Positions 1 through 9,589 of a DNA stretch of 64,000 nt are shown piece by piece. The notes under the pieces are model-generated. The model searched no databases. It saw nothing but the letters and a program-made list of their open reading frames with translations, and was not told the origin of the DNA. The position numbers and the translations under genes are program-made. How positions within the stretch are numbered: position 1 is the stretch's first letter; each line of letters starts with the position of its first letter. Source of the stretch: Candidatus Versatilivorator sp. (GTDB lineage Bacteria > Acidobacteriota > Terriglobia > Versatilivoradales > Versatilivoraceae); contig OZ242296.1 of the NCBI GenBank assembly GCA_965207735.1, forward strand, positions 2,432,001 to 2,496,000, in the 5' to 3' direction.

Positions 1-427
1 CCAGATCCTTGACGATCTCGGCGCAGACGGAATAGTCGCGCTCATCGGCATCGAACCCCAACCGGTGGTTGGCTTCCACGGTATCGATTCCCTGGTCCTG
101 CAGCTCGTAGGCGCGCAACTTGTTGAGCAGACCGATCCCCCTTCCCTCCTCCGGGTGGTAGATGATGACTCCCTGCCCTTCCGTCTGAATCATCTCCATG
201 GACACCCTGAGCTGCTCGCCGCAGTCGCATCGGGTCGAGCCGAAAACGTCACCGGTCAGGCACTGAGACTGGATGCGGACCAGCGGAGCCGATGCCGCCG
301 TGAGGGCGCCTTTCGACAAGACCACGTAGGACTTGGCGACCCCGCCCGTCCCGGCCTCGTATCCGAGCAGGTCGAACTCGCCATGGGAGGTCGGAAGCAC
401 GGAACTGGCGATTCTCCTCACACCCAT
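1..427 (-). CDS. ribA: GTP cyclohydrolase II (runs off window start)
   Basis: Manual translation from ATG 427: [18 protein letters not shown]...[24 protein letters not shown]...[27 protein letters not shown]; zinc-binding Cys motif typical of RibA. Not in the ORF track. Confidence 0.93.
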   Translation of the reverse strand, partial: MGVRRIASSVLPTSHGEFDLLGYEAGTGGVAKSYVVLSKGALTAASAPLVRIQSQCLTGDVFGSTRCDCGEQLRVSMEMIQTEGQGVIIYHPEEGRGIGLLNKLRAYELQDQGIDTVEANHRLGFDADERDYSVCAEIVKDL

Positions 428-520
428 TCGGAGCCTCTCGAATCTGGCTATCCCCCGGCCGCGGCTGGGGGCCCGCGCCGCCGGAGAAACGCTGAATCCT
501 AGCCGATGCGGGCACCTCTG

Positions 521-3055
521 TCAAATGGGGGACGGGGAGACGAGACCCGGATCGCCGGCGGGTTGCCGCTCATCCCAAAACCGCGCCAGTTCATCCTCAT
601 AGGCCCTGGAGATCAGCTCGGCCGGCGACGATTCGTACCAGTCCCCGGGGAAAAGGTTCATGTAGTTCTCGTATCCGAATCGCTGGCCGATGAGCACAAT
701 CACCCCCTGATCGGTCTCGGAACGAATGACTCGCCCCGCCGACTGAATGACCCGGTTCATCCCGGGGAACAGGCAGGCATACTCGAATCCCCGGCCGTAC
801 TGCTCTTCAAAGTATTGCCGGGTAAGGTCGAGCTCTCGTCCGACCCGGGGCAGCCCCGGCCCCACGATGATGACCCCGATGGCCAGATCTCCCGGATAGT
901 CGACCCCCTCGGCAAAGATCCCTCCCTGCACCCCCAACAGCAGGTGAGGTTGGTTGCCGGCGGCAAGCTCCTCCAACAGCGCGTTGCGGGCGTGGTCGCC
1001 CATGGTTCTCTTCTGAACCAGCAGGCGATAACCCTGCGGGCGGAGACGGGAACGAACCGCGGCCAGGAACTCGAAGCTGGGGAAAAAGGCCAGGTAGTTG
1101 CCCGGGCGGGCCGCCACCACCCGTTCAATGATCCGCCCGACTCGAGGGACGGTCTGCGCCCGGTGGCGGTAGCGGGTGGAGACCTCGGGCACCACTACCA
1201 CCTTGCGGTTGTCCGGGGGGAAGGGAGAAGCCATGGAAAGCAGCCTGGCGTCGGTTTCGAAACCCAGTACGTCCCGGTAGAATTCCAGCGGGGACAGGGT
1301 GGCCGACATGGCCACCACCGAGTGAAAGCTGCGATGCCGCTTCCGTAGCTGCAGGGCAGGATTCAGGCAGAGGATGCGAAGTTGATGGGACTTCCCGGTC
1401 TCATCGTAGAGGTGAACGAACTCCTCTCCCTCGATCTCGAGAACGGTGCGGAACTCTTCCAGGCTGCGAGCCATTTCCAGGAACTCATCCTCTCCCCGCG
1501 GAGCCGCGCGGCGCTTCGGATCCAGCAGGTAGCGGCGCAGCAGATCGTGGAAGCGGTCCCCCAGATCGTCAAAGAACGGCCCGTCCAGGCGGACCGGGAA
1601 GGGGTCCCCTTCGGAACTCTCACGGAAGTCGGCGCGCACGTCTCCAAAGTAGGCCTCCAGGCGGTTCAAACAGTCCACCACGTCCCGGGCGAAGGCGGCG
1701 TCTTCCTCCCCGCCGGCCTGCGCCGCCTCCTCAGGCCCGAAGTCGATGGCAGCCTGGGCAGCATCCGCCTTGCCGGTCAGGGCCTGCATCTTTTTCTTCA
1801 GACTGCGAACCCTTCCCAGATCCAGGCGGGGGGAATAGTAGTCGCGAGCCCGCCCATAGAGATTGTGGGCCTCGTCGATGATCACCACCGCAGCACGGCT
1901 GTCCCCGGCAAATCGGCGTTTGAGACTGATCCGGGGATCGTAGAGGTAGTTGTAGTCGCACACCACCAGATCGGCCTCCGGCAGGAGCTCCACCGACAGT
2001 TCAAAGGGACAGATCTCGTTCTCCACCGCCCTCTGGTAAACCAGATCGGGGGTGATCACTGTGAAGTCCGCCAGGCTCCTCCTCAGGCCGCTGCTTTCCA
2101 GCTTGCCGTAGAAATCCCTGGCGAAGGCGCAGCGGGAGGGATGACAGCAGACCACGTCATTGGCGCAGATCTTCTCCTTGGACCGAAGGACCAGGCCGGT
2201 GAAGGGCCGCCCCGATCCGTCCTCCTCTATCCTCGCCTCATCCCACAGAGCCAGAGTGTCGGCGACGATACGCTGCTGTGTGGTCTTGGAGGTCAGGAAG
2301 AACACCGACAGACCCTGGCGGCGGCTGAAGTTCAGGGCGGCGAAAAGCGCCGCCACCGTCTTGCCGATGCCCGTCGGGGCGGAAACCAGAAGGGGCCGGC
2401 TGGTCTCCAACGCCTCCTCGACAGCCTCCACCAGACCGTCCTGACCCTCGCGCATGCGTGGATAGGGGAAGCGCAAGGGCGGCAGGCCCCGAGCCTCCTT
2501 CTCCCGCAGGGCGCTTCGCTGCAGCTCCGCCAGGATCTCGCGGGTCCGGGTTTCCAGAAATCGGTCCATGGCCGGAGCATCCGACTCCACTTCCAGGCTG
2601 TGGCGGCTCCCATCGCTGCAACTGATGACTACCAGCCGGCCGCGAACTCCACCGGCCTCACGAGTCTTCAGCCAGAGATGGACGTAGACCTTCAACTGCA
2701 GCAGATGGGCCGGAACCACCGGCGATTCCTTCCCCGACCCCACTGAACCCAGCCTCGACTTGACCTCCTCAACCACCCAGCCTTGCCCGTCGCGATAGAC
2801 GCCGTCCAGCCGTCCCTGAACGGTCACCCCGTATCCGTCGACTTCGAACTGGTAGCTGAGAGGCACCTCCGTTCGATAGCCGGGAAAGAGTCGGGACTGG
2901 GTGGCTTGGTGCTCGCGATGAACTTCCCTGCCCAGTTCGCCGCGCAGGTCCCGCAAGGGAACCAGGTTGAGGCTTCCGGAGCCGGCCGGCTCGGAGCAGA
3001 GATCGCCCACGCTCAGAGACAGGCTCCGTTGCTGCGGATCGAACTTGACCGTCAT
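521..3055 (-). CDS. DinG/XPD-family Fe-S DNA helicase with N-terminal PD-(D/E)XK nuclease-like domain
   Basis: GRLDG..VVEEVKS N-terminal motif; Walker A APTGIGKT; Cys cluster C..CC....C..CPF; DEAH; SAT; GIFAEGVD; QSAGRVIR. Confidence 0.9.
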   Translation of the reverse strand: MTVKFDPQQRSLSLSVGDLCSEPAGSGSLNLVPLRDLRGELGREVHREHQATQSRLFPGYRTEVPLSYQFEVDGYGVTVQGRLDGVYRDGQGWVVEEVKSRLGSVGSGKESPVVPAHLLQLKVYVHLWLKTREAGGVRGRLVVISCSDGSRHSLEVESDAPAMDRFLETRTREILAELQRSALREKEARGLPPLRFPYPRMREGQDGLVEAVEEALETSRPLLVSAPTGIGKTVAALFAALNFSRRQGLSVFFLTSKTTQQRIVADTLALWDEARIEEDGSGRPFTGLVLRSKEKICANDVVCCHPSRCAFARDFYGKLESSGLRRSLADFTVITPDLVYQRAVENEICPFELSVELLPEADLVVCDYNYLYDPRISLKRRFAGDSRAAVVIIDEAHNLYGRARDYYSPRLDLGRVRSLKKKMQALTGKADAAQAAIDFGPEEAAQAGGEEDAAFARDVVDCLNRLEAYFGDVRADFRESSEGDPFPVRLDGPFFDDLGDRFHDLLRRYLLDPKRRAAPRGEDEFLEMARSLEEFRTVLEIEGEEFVHLYDETGKSHQLRILCLNPALQLRKRHRSFHSVVAMSATLSPLEFYRDVLGFETDARLLSMASPFPPDNRKVVVVPEVSTRYRHRAQTVPRVGRIIERVVAARPGNYLAFFPSFEFLAAVRSRLRPQGYRLLVQKRTMGDHARNALLEELAAGNQPHLLLGVQGGIFAEGVDYPGDLAIGVIIVGPGLPRVGRELDLTRQYFEEQYGRGFEYACLFPGMNRVIQSAGRVIRSETDQGVIVLIGQRFGYENYMNLFPGDWYESSPAELISRAYEDELARFWDERQPAGDPGLVSPSPI

Positions 3056-3068
3056 GTCCCCTGCCTAT

Positions 3069-4226
3069 TCAGGAAAGATAGCGCTCCAGACTCTTGAGTT
3101 CGTCGGCGGTGTAGGGGTCTTCGAAAGCACTGTCGGAAGGGAGCCCTCCCTTCTTGAGAGAAAGCGAGGGAGGCGGGATTTCCCAGCCCTCCACCTCCCT
3201 GCGACTCACGGGTGCGCCTCGGCCATCCAGGGCGGACTTGAAACCCATCAGGAACATGGTGGCTTTCTCCAGCAGGTCATCGCCCTGCTCGGGAGCGGTC
3301 CGTTTCAGAATCATCTCCTGAATGACCAGTTGCATGGCATTCCAGGTGTTGTAACGAAACCACCCGGGACTGGCAGGAATCTTGCCCTCGAAATCTCCGG
3401 ACCGATCCCCGAAAAGCCGCAGGTAGGCCTGGCCGTCCATGTCCGACTGCAGGTGGAGCTGCCCATAGAAAAACCCGCCGTCCCGTCCCTCATGGACGAA
3501 ACTCAGCGCCCCGGGCGGTTTTCGCCAATCGGGCGTCAGATAAGAGGCCTGAAGACACTTTCCCCGGCCCTTTTTCCGTTCCTCCCGCAACACGGCGGCG
3601 ATGTAGTAGATCCCGTGGACGCCGTGGGTGTAATAGTCGCTCATTGAATTGTGAGCCGTGTAACCCAGGATACGCGGCATTCGGGACGCCTTGTCCTGCA
3701 AGTCGCCCACACTCTCGGCGAACTCCCAGGTGGAATTGCTCATCAGGGGCGCCCGTCCCAGGCGAGCCGCCTCGACAATCAGTCTGGCTTTCTCGATGGA
3801 AGTCGAAAAGGGACGGTTCACAAAGGTCGGCATTCCGGCCAGCAGAAAGGGACGGGCCAGCAGGTGGTAGAGGGAAACCGCGGGCATGGCATCGATGTAG
3901 ACCCCATCCACCGTCCCGACCATGTCCTCGAGGTTTCCGACAGCCTCCACTCCCGGGAAGCGCTCCGCAAAACCAGCGGCAAAATCGGGACGGAAGCTCC
4001 AGACCTTGGTGATGACCATGCCGTTGGTTCGCATCCGACCGGCAGCCGGGTTCATGGTATCCGCCCAAACGGCCTGGGCATGGGAGCCGTGAGCCACCAC
4101 CATGCCGATCTCGGCGAGGCCCTGCATGCTCGCCTGGCGACCGGCAGCCCCCAGGAGGTCCGGTAGCAGCGACCCCGCTGCCAGCCCGGTTCCGGAAACC
4201 TGTTTCAGAAAAGTACGACGCTGCAT
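3069..4226 (-). CDS. Tat-exported Gfo/Idh/MocA-like oxidoreductase
   Basis: MQRRTFLK twin-arginine signal; GMPTFVNRPF resembles the Gfo family motif; SD AAGGAGG upstream. Confidence 0.6.
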   Translation of the reverse strand: MQRRTFLKQVSGTGLAAGSLLPDLLGAAGRQASMQGLAEIGMVVAHGSHAQAVWADTMNPAAGRMRTNGMVITKVWSFRPDFAAGFAERFPGVEAVGNLEDMVGTVDGVYIDAMPAVSLYHLLARPFLLAGMPTFVNRPFSTSIEKARLIVEAARLGRAPLMSNSTWEFAESVGDLQDKASRMPRILGYTAHNSMSDYYTHGVHGIYYIAAVLREERKKGRGKCLQASYLTPDWRKPPGALSFVHEGRDGGFFYGQLHLQSDMDGQAYLRLFGDRSGDFEGKIPASPGWFRYNTWNAMQLVIQEMILKRTAPEQGDDLLEKATMFLMGFKSALDGRGAPVSRREVEGWEIPPPSLSLKKGGLPSDSAFEDPYTADELKSLERYLS

Positions 4227-4235
4227 GGAACCCTC

Positions 4236-4290
4236 CTTGCCTGGAACACCGCTGTTTCACTCCGTATGATCCGTCCCGTCGTCGGGGACG
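4236..4290. repeat. Minimal IS110-end-like repeat plus GC hairpin
   Basis: CTtgcctggaacaccgctgtttcactccgtatgatccgtcccgtcgtcgggga matches the 59223-59280 unit and the IS110 termini. Confidence 0.65.
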
Positions 4291-4304
4291 GAGAGCTGCC
4301 AGTC

Positions 4305-5237
4305 TCAATCCAGACCCAGGACACTAGACCACTTTGCCAGGAGCTGCCGGGTGACTCCGGCCCCGCCGCACACCACCACCAGGACGTTCTGCGCTCCTCG
4401 CAGCGGCTCCGACCGGTCGTAGACACCCGCCAGGGCTGCGCCGCAGGCCGGCTCCACCAGCAGCCGGTGGTCGTCTGCGAAGCGCAGCACCGCTCCGACG
4501 GCGGCCCGGTCCGACACCACCCAGGGGAGAACTTTGTGGGACCTTGTCCAGGCCAGCGCCCGGGAAGCGACCTGGCGGGCCCCCAGGGAGGTGGCCAGCG
4601 AAGCGATGCCCGGAAGAGTCACCAGCCGCCCGGCTTGGACCGACCGATGGAACGAGTCGGCCCCCTCGGTCTCCACCGCGCAGACCGGCACATCCCGCCA
4701 GCCGGCCTGGTGCATTCCCTCCAGCACGCCGCACAGCAAGCCGCCGCCGCCAACCGCCAGCACCACCAGGTCCGGCTTCACCCCGGCCTCCCCGACTTCC
4801 CGCACCAGGCTGGCGTGGCCGGCCCAGATCCTGGAATCGTCAAAGGGGTGGATGTATGCCGCCTCCTGCCGGCGGGCCAGATCCAGGGCCACCGCGTGAG
4901 AGTCGTCCCAGGCGGCGCCTTGCTGCATGACCGTGGCTCCCTCACCGCGGAGCCGCTCCAGCATGAGGCTCGAGGTCGTCTGCGGAACCACCACCGTGAC
5001 GGGCAGGCCGAGTTGGCGGCCGGCGTAGGCCACGGCATAGCCGGCGTTGCCCCCGGATGAGGCCACCAGGGCTCGGGCCCCTTCGGACAGGGCCGACTGG
5101 CAAGCGTGGCCCACACCCCTGATCTTGAAGGAGCCGGTGGGCTGAAAGGCCTCCAGCTTGAGCCAGACCCGGGCGCCCAGCCGCGCGCCGAGGGGCCCGG
5201 ACTCCCAAAGGGGAGTTTGGTGGTGCAGTGGCTTCAT
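4305..5237 (-). CDS. PLP-dependent serine/threonine dehydratase
   Basis: True start MKPLHHQTPL at 5237 (the ORF track over-extends it); GSFKIRG PLP lysine, SSGGNAG, VGGGGL, VVVCGG. Confidence 0.88.
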   Translation of the reverse strand: MKPLHHQTPLWESGPLGARLGARVWLKLEAFQPTGSFKIRGVGHACQSALSEGARALVASSGGNAGYAVAYAGRQLGLPVTVVVPQTTSSLMLERLRGEGATVMQQGAAWDDSHAVALDLARRQEAAYIHPFDDSRIWAGHASLVREVGEAGVKPDLVVLAVGGGGLLCGVLEGMHQAGWRDVPVCAVETEGADSFHRSVQAGRLVTLPGIASLATSLGARQVASRALAWTRSHKVLPWVVSDRAAVGAVLRFADDHRLLVEPACGAALAGVYDRSEPLRGAQNVLVVVCGGAGVTRQLLAKWSSVLGLD

Positions 5238-7156
5238 CGGAAATGTCTCCTCGGGACGACCGGCAGGATGAGGTGTGAGGGACGGCCGGCATCCAGGTAG
5301 ACCGTGTTGCGGGCTGCCTGGGAGCGGGTGTGCCTTCCCATGGGCTCGCCGGTGTTGGGGTTGACGTCGAAGCGAGGGAAGTTGCTGCTGGAGACGTCCA
5401 CCCGCATCCGATGGCCGGCCTTGAAACAGTTGCTGGTCGGCGGCAGGTCGATCCGGATGGCATAGACCTCGCCGGGCCGCACGGGCTCTTCCTTTTCGAA
5501 GCTGTCGCGGTAACGGACCCGGAGGATTCCGTCCGCCAGGTTCAGATCGTAGCCCTCCGGATAGTCCGGGTTGGGAGGGTAGACGTCCAGGAGCTTGACG
5601 GTGAAGTCGGTATCCGGCGTGGTAGAGGAGATCCACAACCTGGCGGTGATGTGGCCGGTCAGCTCGACATCCTCCTGCAGGGGCGGCGTCTGAAAAACCA
5701 GCACGTCCGCCCGTTCCGACAGGCGGGGGAAAGGAGGACGGCAAGCAAACAGCCCCGGCTGCTCTTTCTGGTCGGCCGCCCCTTCGGTCACCAGGCTCCG
5801 CATCCGTGCCCTGGCGGGAATGAACCCGGACCAGGGGGACTGCGCCAGCTCGCCCAGGGGAGCCAGCTCGAAGATACTGGTCATGGCCCCGGCAATGGTG
5901 GGCACCGGATGGGAGGGGTCGAAGTCGAAGCTGGCAGGGGCCTCGCCGGGAAGCGGCGGGGCGGGACTCAACCCTCCATCGCCGTGCAGGTAATAAGGAC
6001 AATAGCGGGTGCGGGCCAGCGGCCACTCGTTCTCGCAGCGCCACTCCCCTCCATGGCTCAGTCTGCCCTCGGCGGTTTTCCTGCCGCTGCCTCCGCCCAT
6101 GCGGAAGAGACGTACCGGGGGACTCGGGTCGGGAGGCGGGGGCGGGTCCTTCAGCCAGCCTTCGAACCAGGAGAGCCGTTCCCGGTTGTAGCGCTCCCGC
6201 CCCCAGGCCGCCTCCGGGCCGAAGTCGACGTCTCCCGCAAAGGAATATCCAGCGCGCATACCCCCGTGGGTCCAGGGCCCCATGACCAGCCGCTGCGGCG
6301 TCCGGTTCTGCCGGGCCATGGCCTGGTAGTAGCGGGTGGTGGCGATGGCGAAGGGATCGTACCAACCGCCGCTGTAGGTGGCCGGGATGTCGGCGTGGCG
6401 CCGGAAGTGCGGCTCGAAATCGTTGCTCTCAAGCCGCCAGAACTCGTCGTAGGCTCCCCGGCGATAGTAGTCCAACAGGATCTTTTCCAGGTTGGGAACC
6501 TCCTCCAGGGGCGTGCCACCCGGCTGGAACGGCGTCCGCCGCACCCAGTCTCCCATCCGCTCCATTCCCTGCAGCACCCGCTGCCGGGCTGCAGGGTCGT
6601 CCCGAATTTCCTGGGCGTCATAAGCATGCAGAAAGAGTGCGCCGAACATGTGGAGCTGCATGGCTCCACCCCAGCGCACCTGGTGAGCGTAGCTGTTTGT
6701 GGGGCTGACGTCGGGCCAGATGGCCCGCAGGTGGGGTGGGCGGTAGAGGGCCATGTGGGTTTGGACCAGGGCCAGATGGGAGCTGCCCATGGCGCCCACC
6801 CGGCCGTTCGACCAGGGCTGGGCCGCAATCCACTCCACCGTGTCGAATCCGTCGGTCCCGGCCGTTTCGTTTACCGTGTGGAAATACTGGCCGGTGCCCT
6901 CGGAACCGTGTCGGCCGCGCAGGTCCTGCAGCACCAGTACGAAACCTCTCGGGGTGAAGTGGTGGGCCACCTCGTCGATAAGCCACTCCGCCTGCTTGTC
7001 GTAGGAGGTGCGCACCAGCAGGGCCGGAAAGGGGCCCGGCAGCACCTCTCCGTCGCGGGCCGGCCGGTAGATGTCGGCGGCCAAGCACACCCCATCCCGC
7101 ATGGGGATCATCAGATCCTTGAATATGGCTACCTGGTAGGGCTCGGAAGTTGCCAT
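5234..7156 (-). CDS. CocE/NonD family hydrolase
   Basis: IPMRDGVCLAADIYRP, QDLRGRHGSEG, GSSH nucleophile elbow, GGWYD, GPWTH, SSSNFPRFDVNPNTG. Confidence 0.92.
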   Translation of the reverse strand: MATSEPYQVAIFKDLMIPMRDGVCLAADIYRPARDGEVLPGPFPALLVRTSYDKQAEWLIDEVAHHFTPRGFVLVLQDLRGRHGSEGTGQYFHTVNETAGTDGFDTVEWIAAQPWSNGRVGAMGSSHLALVQTHMALYRPPHLRAIWPDVSPTNSYAHQVRWGGAMQLHMFGALFLHAYDAQEIRDDPAARQRVLQGMERMGDWVRRTPFQPGGTPLEEVPNLEKILLDYYRRGAYDEFWRLESNDFEPHFRRHADIPATYSGGWYDPFAIATTRYYQAMARQNRTPQRLVMGPWTHGGMRAGYSFAGDVDFGPEAAWGRERYNRERLSWFEGWLKDPPPPPDPSPPVRLFRMGGGSGRKTAEGRLSHGGEWRCENEWPLARTRYCPYYLHGDGGLSPAPPLPGEAPASFDFDPSHPVPTIAGAMTSIFELAPLGELAQSPWSGFIPARARMRSLVTEGAADQKEQPGLFACRPPFPRLSERADVLVFQTPPLQEDVELTGHITARLWISSTTPDTDFTVKLLDVYPPNPDYPEGYDLNLADGILRVRYRDSFEKEEPVRPGEVYAIRIDLPPTSNCFKAGHRMRVDVSSSNFPRFDVNPNTGEPMGRHTRSQAARNTVYLDAGRPSHLILPVVPRRHFR

Positions 7157-9258
7157 CAGCCGGGCGTCCGTTTTTTCAGAATCAGGTTGTCGTGGCTGTC
7201 CACCTCCGCCAGCCAACCCGGATGGATGACCGTGGTGGAGTCCAGCTCCACCACCACGGCCGGCCCCGCGATCCCGTGCCCCGGCTCCAACCGGTAGCGG
7301 TCATAGAGGGGACAGGGAGCGTATCCGCCATTCTCGTCGAAATAGACCGAGGCGGTGCCCTTCAGGGCCGAGGACAGGTCACGCCCCGAGGCCGTCCGTT
7401 GCCGCAGTCCGGGCTTTCGGATGCGGCCGACGGCCACCAGCCGGAGGTTGACCAGCTCGACCGGCTCCTCCGGAGCGCTGAATCCATTGGCCCGGTCGTG
7501 CTCCCGGTGAAACCGATTCGCCGCCTGCTGGACCGCCGAGGGATCGACACGGTTCTCCGCCCATGGAACATTCAGTTCGTAGCTCTGTCCCACGTAGCGC
7601 AGGTCCGCTTGCCAAAGACAGGAAATGTCCTGCGCCGGCACCCCCTCCCTGGCAAGCGTCTCTCGACCCTGGGCTTCCAGCTTGCGGTAGATCGCTTCCA
7701 CAGCGGCAAGGTCGAGCCGGTCCAGCCGCTCGATCAGGGTGGTCGTATACTCGTGCTTGAGGTCGGTGACCAGCAGCCCCAACGCCGAGGTGGTCCCCGG
7801 ACTGGGAGGGACGATGGTGGTAGGCATTTCCATTTCGGCGGCCAGTCGGTTGGCATGCACCGGTCCGGCTCCGCCGAAGGCCACCAGAGCGAACCGCCGG
7901 GGATCGTAGCCCCGTTGAACCGAGACCAGCCGCAAGGCGTTCACCATGGCCGCGTTGGCAATCTCCACGATGCCGTAGGCAGCCTCCACCACTCCCATTC
8001 CCAGGGCATCGGCGCATTTTTCCCGGATGGCCCGGCGGGCGGCCTCCACGTCCAGCGTGAGCCGACCTCCGAGAAAATGGTCCGGCTGCAGGCGACCCAA
8101 AACCAGGTTGGCATCGGTTACCGTGGGTTCGCCGCCCCCCTTTCCGTAACAGACCGGTCCCGGCTCGGCTCCGGCGCTTCGGGGCCCCACCCGAAGAATT
8201 CCGCCCGAATCCACCCAGGCGATGGACCCCCCGCCGGCTCCAATCTCCACCAGATCGATCACCGGCGTGCGAATGGGATAGCCGCTCCCCCGCTGGGCGC
8301 CGGTCCCGGCCTGAGCCGAGGCTCCCACCTCGTAGTCCTTGGTGATCCTGGGAGTCCCATCCTGGATGAGTCCGACCTTGGCGGTCGTGCCCCCCATGTC
8401 GAAGGAGATGAGGTCGGGATAGTTCAACTCCTTCCCCAGGTAGGCTGCCGAGATGACTCCGGCGGCAGGACCGGATTCCACCATGAATACGGGCCGGCGC
8501 CGTCCTTCGGCGAAGGTGAAGACACCGCCGCTACTCTGCATCAGGAGCAGCTCCGCCTCCAGCCCTTCCTTTCGCAGTTGACTCTCGATGCGTTCCAGGT
8601 AACGGGCCACCACAGGCTGGATGGCGGCATTGATGACGGTGGTGCTGGCCCGAAAGTATTCGCGGAACTCGGGGGCCACCTCGCTGGAAAGGGAGAGAGG
8701 AACCCCCGGCAGGGCCTCCCGGAGTATCCGCCCCACCCGCTTCTCGTGTTCCGGGTTGGCGTAGGCGTGAAGCAGGCAGACGGCAATCGATTCCACCTTC
8801 TCGTCGGCCAGGCGCCCGGCCACCCGGGCCACGGCCGCTTCATCCAGGGGCGTCACCACCTCCCCCCGGGCATCCAGGCGCTCGGGGACCCCGAAACAGA
8901 GGTAACGGGGCACCAGCGGCCTGGGTTTCTCGAACTGGAGGTCGTAAAGGCTGGGCCGAATCTGGCGGGCGATCTCCAACAGGTCTCGGAAACCCTCGGT
9001 GGTGACGAAACCGGTGGGGGCAATGGTTCCCTCAATGATGGCGTTGGTGGCCACGGTGGTCCCGTGCACCAGGTAGGTCACCTGGGCGGGATCCACGCCG
9101 TTTTCGCCCAGGATTCGGTGAGCGGCTTCCAGCAGAGCCTGCGAATGGTCCCTGGGCGTGGAAGGGACCTTGCCGATCCGAATTTCACCGGTGTCTTCGT
9201 CGATCAGGGTGGCGTCGGTAAAGGTGCCGCCGATATCGATTCCCAACCGGTAGGCCAT
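7156..9258 (-). CDS. Hydantoinase A / 5-oxoprolinase ATP-binding subunit
   Basis: GIDIGGTFTD, HGTTVATN, ESGPAAG, DMGGTT, IGAGGGSIA. Confidence 0.93.
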   Translation of the reverse strand: MAYRLGIDIGGTFTDATLIDEDTGEIRIGKVPSTPRDHSQALLEAAHRILGENGVDPAQVTYLVHGTTVATNAIIEGTIAPTGFVTTEGFRDLLEIARQIRPSLYDLQFEKPRPLVPRYLCFGVPERLDARGEVVTPLDEAAVARVAGRLADEKVESIAVCLLHAYANPEHEKRVGRILREALPGVPLSLSSEVAPEFREYFRASTTVINAAIQPVVARYLERIESQLRKEGLEAELLLMQSSGGVFTFAEGRRRPVFMVESGPAAGVISAAYLGKELNYPDLISFDMGGTTAKVGLIQDGTPRITKDYEVGASAQAGTGAQRGSGYPIRTPVIDLVEIGAGGGSIAWVDSGGILRVGPRSAGAEPGPVCYGKGGGEPTVTDANLVLGRLQPDHFLGGRLTLDVEAARRAIREKCADALGMGVVEAAYGIVEIANAAMVNALRLVSVQRGYDPRRFALVAFGGAGPVHANRLAAEMEMPTTIVPPSPGTTSALGLLVTDLKHEYTTTLIERLDRLDLAAVEAIYRKLEAQGRETLAREGVPAQDISCLWQADLRYVGQSYELNVPWAENRVDPSAVQQAANRFHREHDRANGFSAPEEPVELVNLRLVAVGRIRKPGLRQRTASGRDLSSALKGTASVYFDENGGYAPCPLYDRYRLEPGHGIAGPAVVVELDSTTVIHPGWLAEVDSHDNLILKKRTPG

Positions 9259-9269
9259 TGGATCCCGTC

Positions 9270-9330
9270 CTTTCCTGGAACAACCGCTGTTTCGCCCCTT
9301 TTGAGCCGCCCCGTCGTACGGGACGGCGGC
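9270..9330. repeat. Minimal IS110-end-like repeat plus GC hairpin
   Basis: CTttcctggaacaaccgctgtttcgccccttttgagccgccccgtcgtacgggacgg, homologous to the 4236 and 59223 copies. Confidence 0.55.
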
Positions 9331-9338
9331 GCGCCTAC

Positions 9339-9373
9339 GTGAAAAGTGAATAGTGGAGAGTGAAGAGTGAAGA
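9339..9373 (+). repeat. Heptamer tandem repeat (GTGRAGA-like) x5
   Basis: GTGAAAA GTGAATA GTGGAGA GTGAAGA GTGAAGA. Confidence 0.85.
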
Positions 9374-9533
9374 GCTATTCGATCGACACGCAAAGCATCT
9401 TGTCGGTCTCGGCTCAGTCCTTCAAATAAGACTGGAATCGATCAGTGAGGTGTCTTGTTGATCTCGGCACGGTCCTTGAGAAAGTGCAGCTGGGTCATCA
9501 GGCGCTTGCCTGCTCCCAGCACCCTCCGCTGAC
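9374..9533 (-). pseudogene. Degenerate four-helix-bundle protein C-terminal remnant
   Basis: Broken frames give LMTQLHFLKD and ETDKMLCVSIE*; lies between two inverted heptamer arrays; homologous stretch at 29148-29177. Confidence 0.4.
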
Positions 9534-9589
9534 CACTCTCCACTCGTCACTCGTCACTCTCCACTCGTCACTCTCCACTCTCCACTCTT
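9534..9589 (-). repeat. Heptamer tandem repeat (CACTCTC/CACTCGT) x8, inverted relative to 9339-9373
   Basis: Eight 7-bp units read directly; contains the stop codon of the hydantoinase B gene. Confidence 0.9.

Noticed and set aside
428-520. FMN riboswitch upstream of ribA
   Set aside because: The leader is short and lacks the conserved RFN sequence blocks; only a GC hairpin is present
521-3055. Cas4/CasDinG CRISPR-associated gene
   Set aside because: No cas genes or CRISPR array in the window; the architecture fits stand-alone DinG-family helicases
4305-6365. 686-aa ORF as a single fusion protein
   Set aside because: The upstream part is an alternative frame of the CocE gene; the dehydratase starts at 5237
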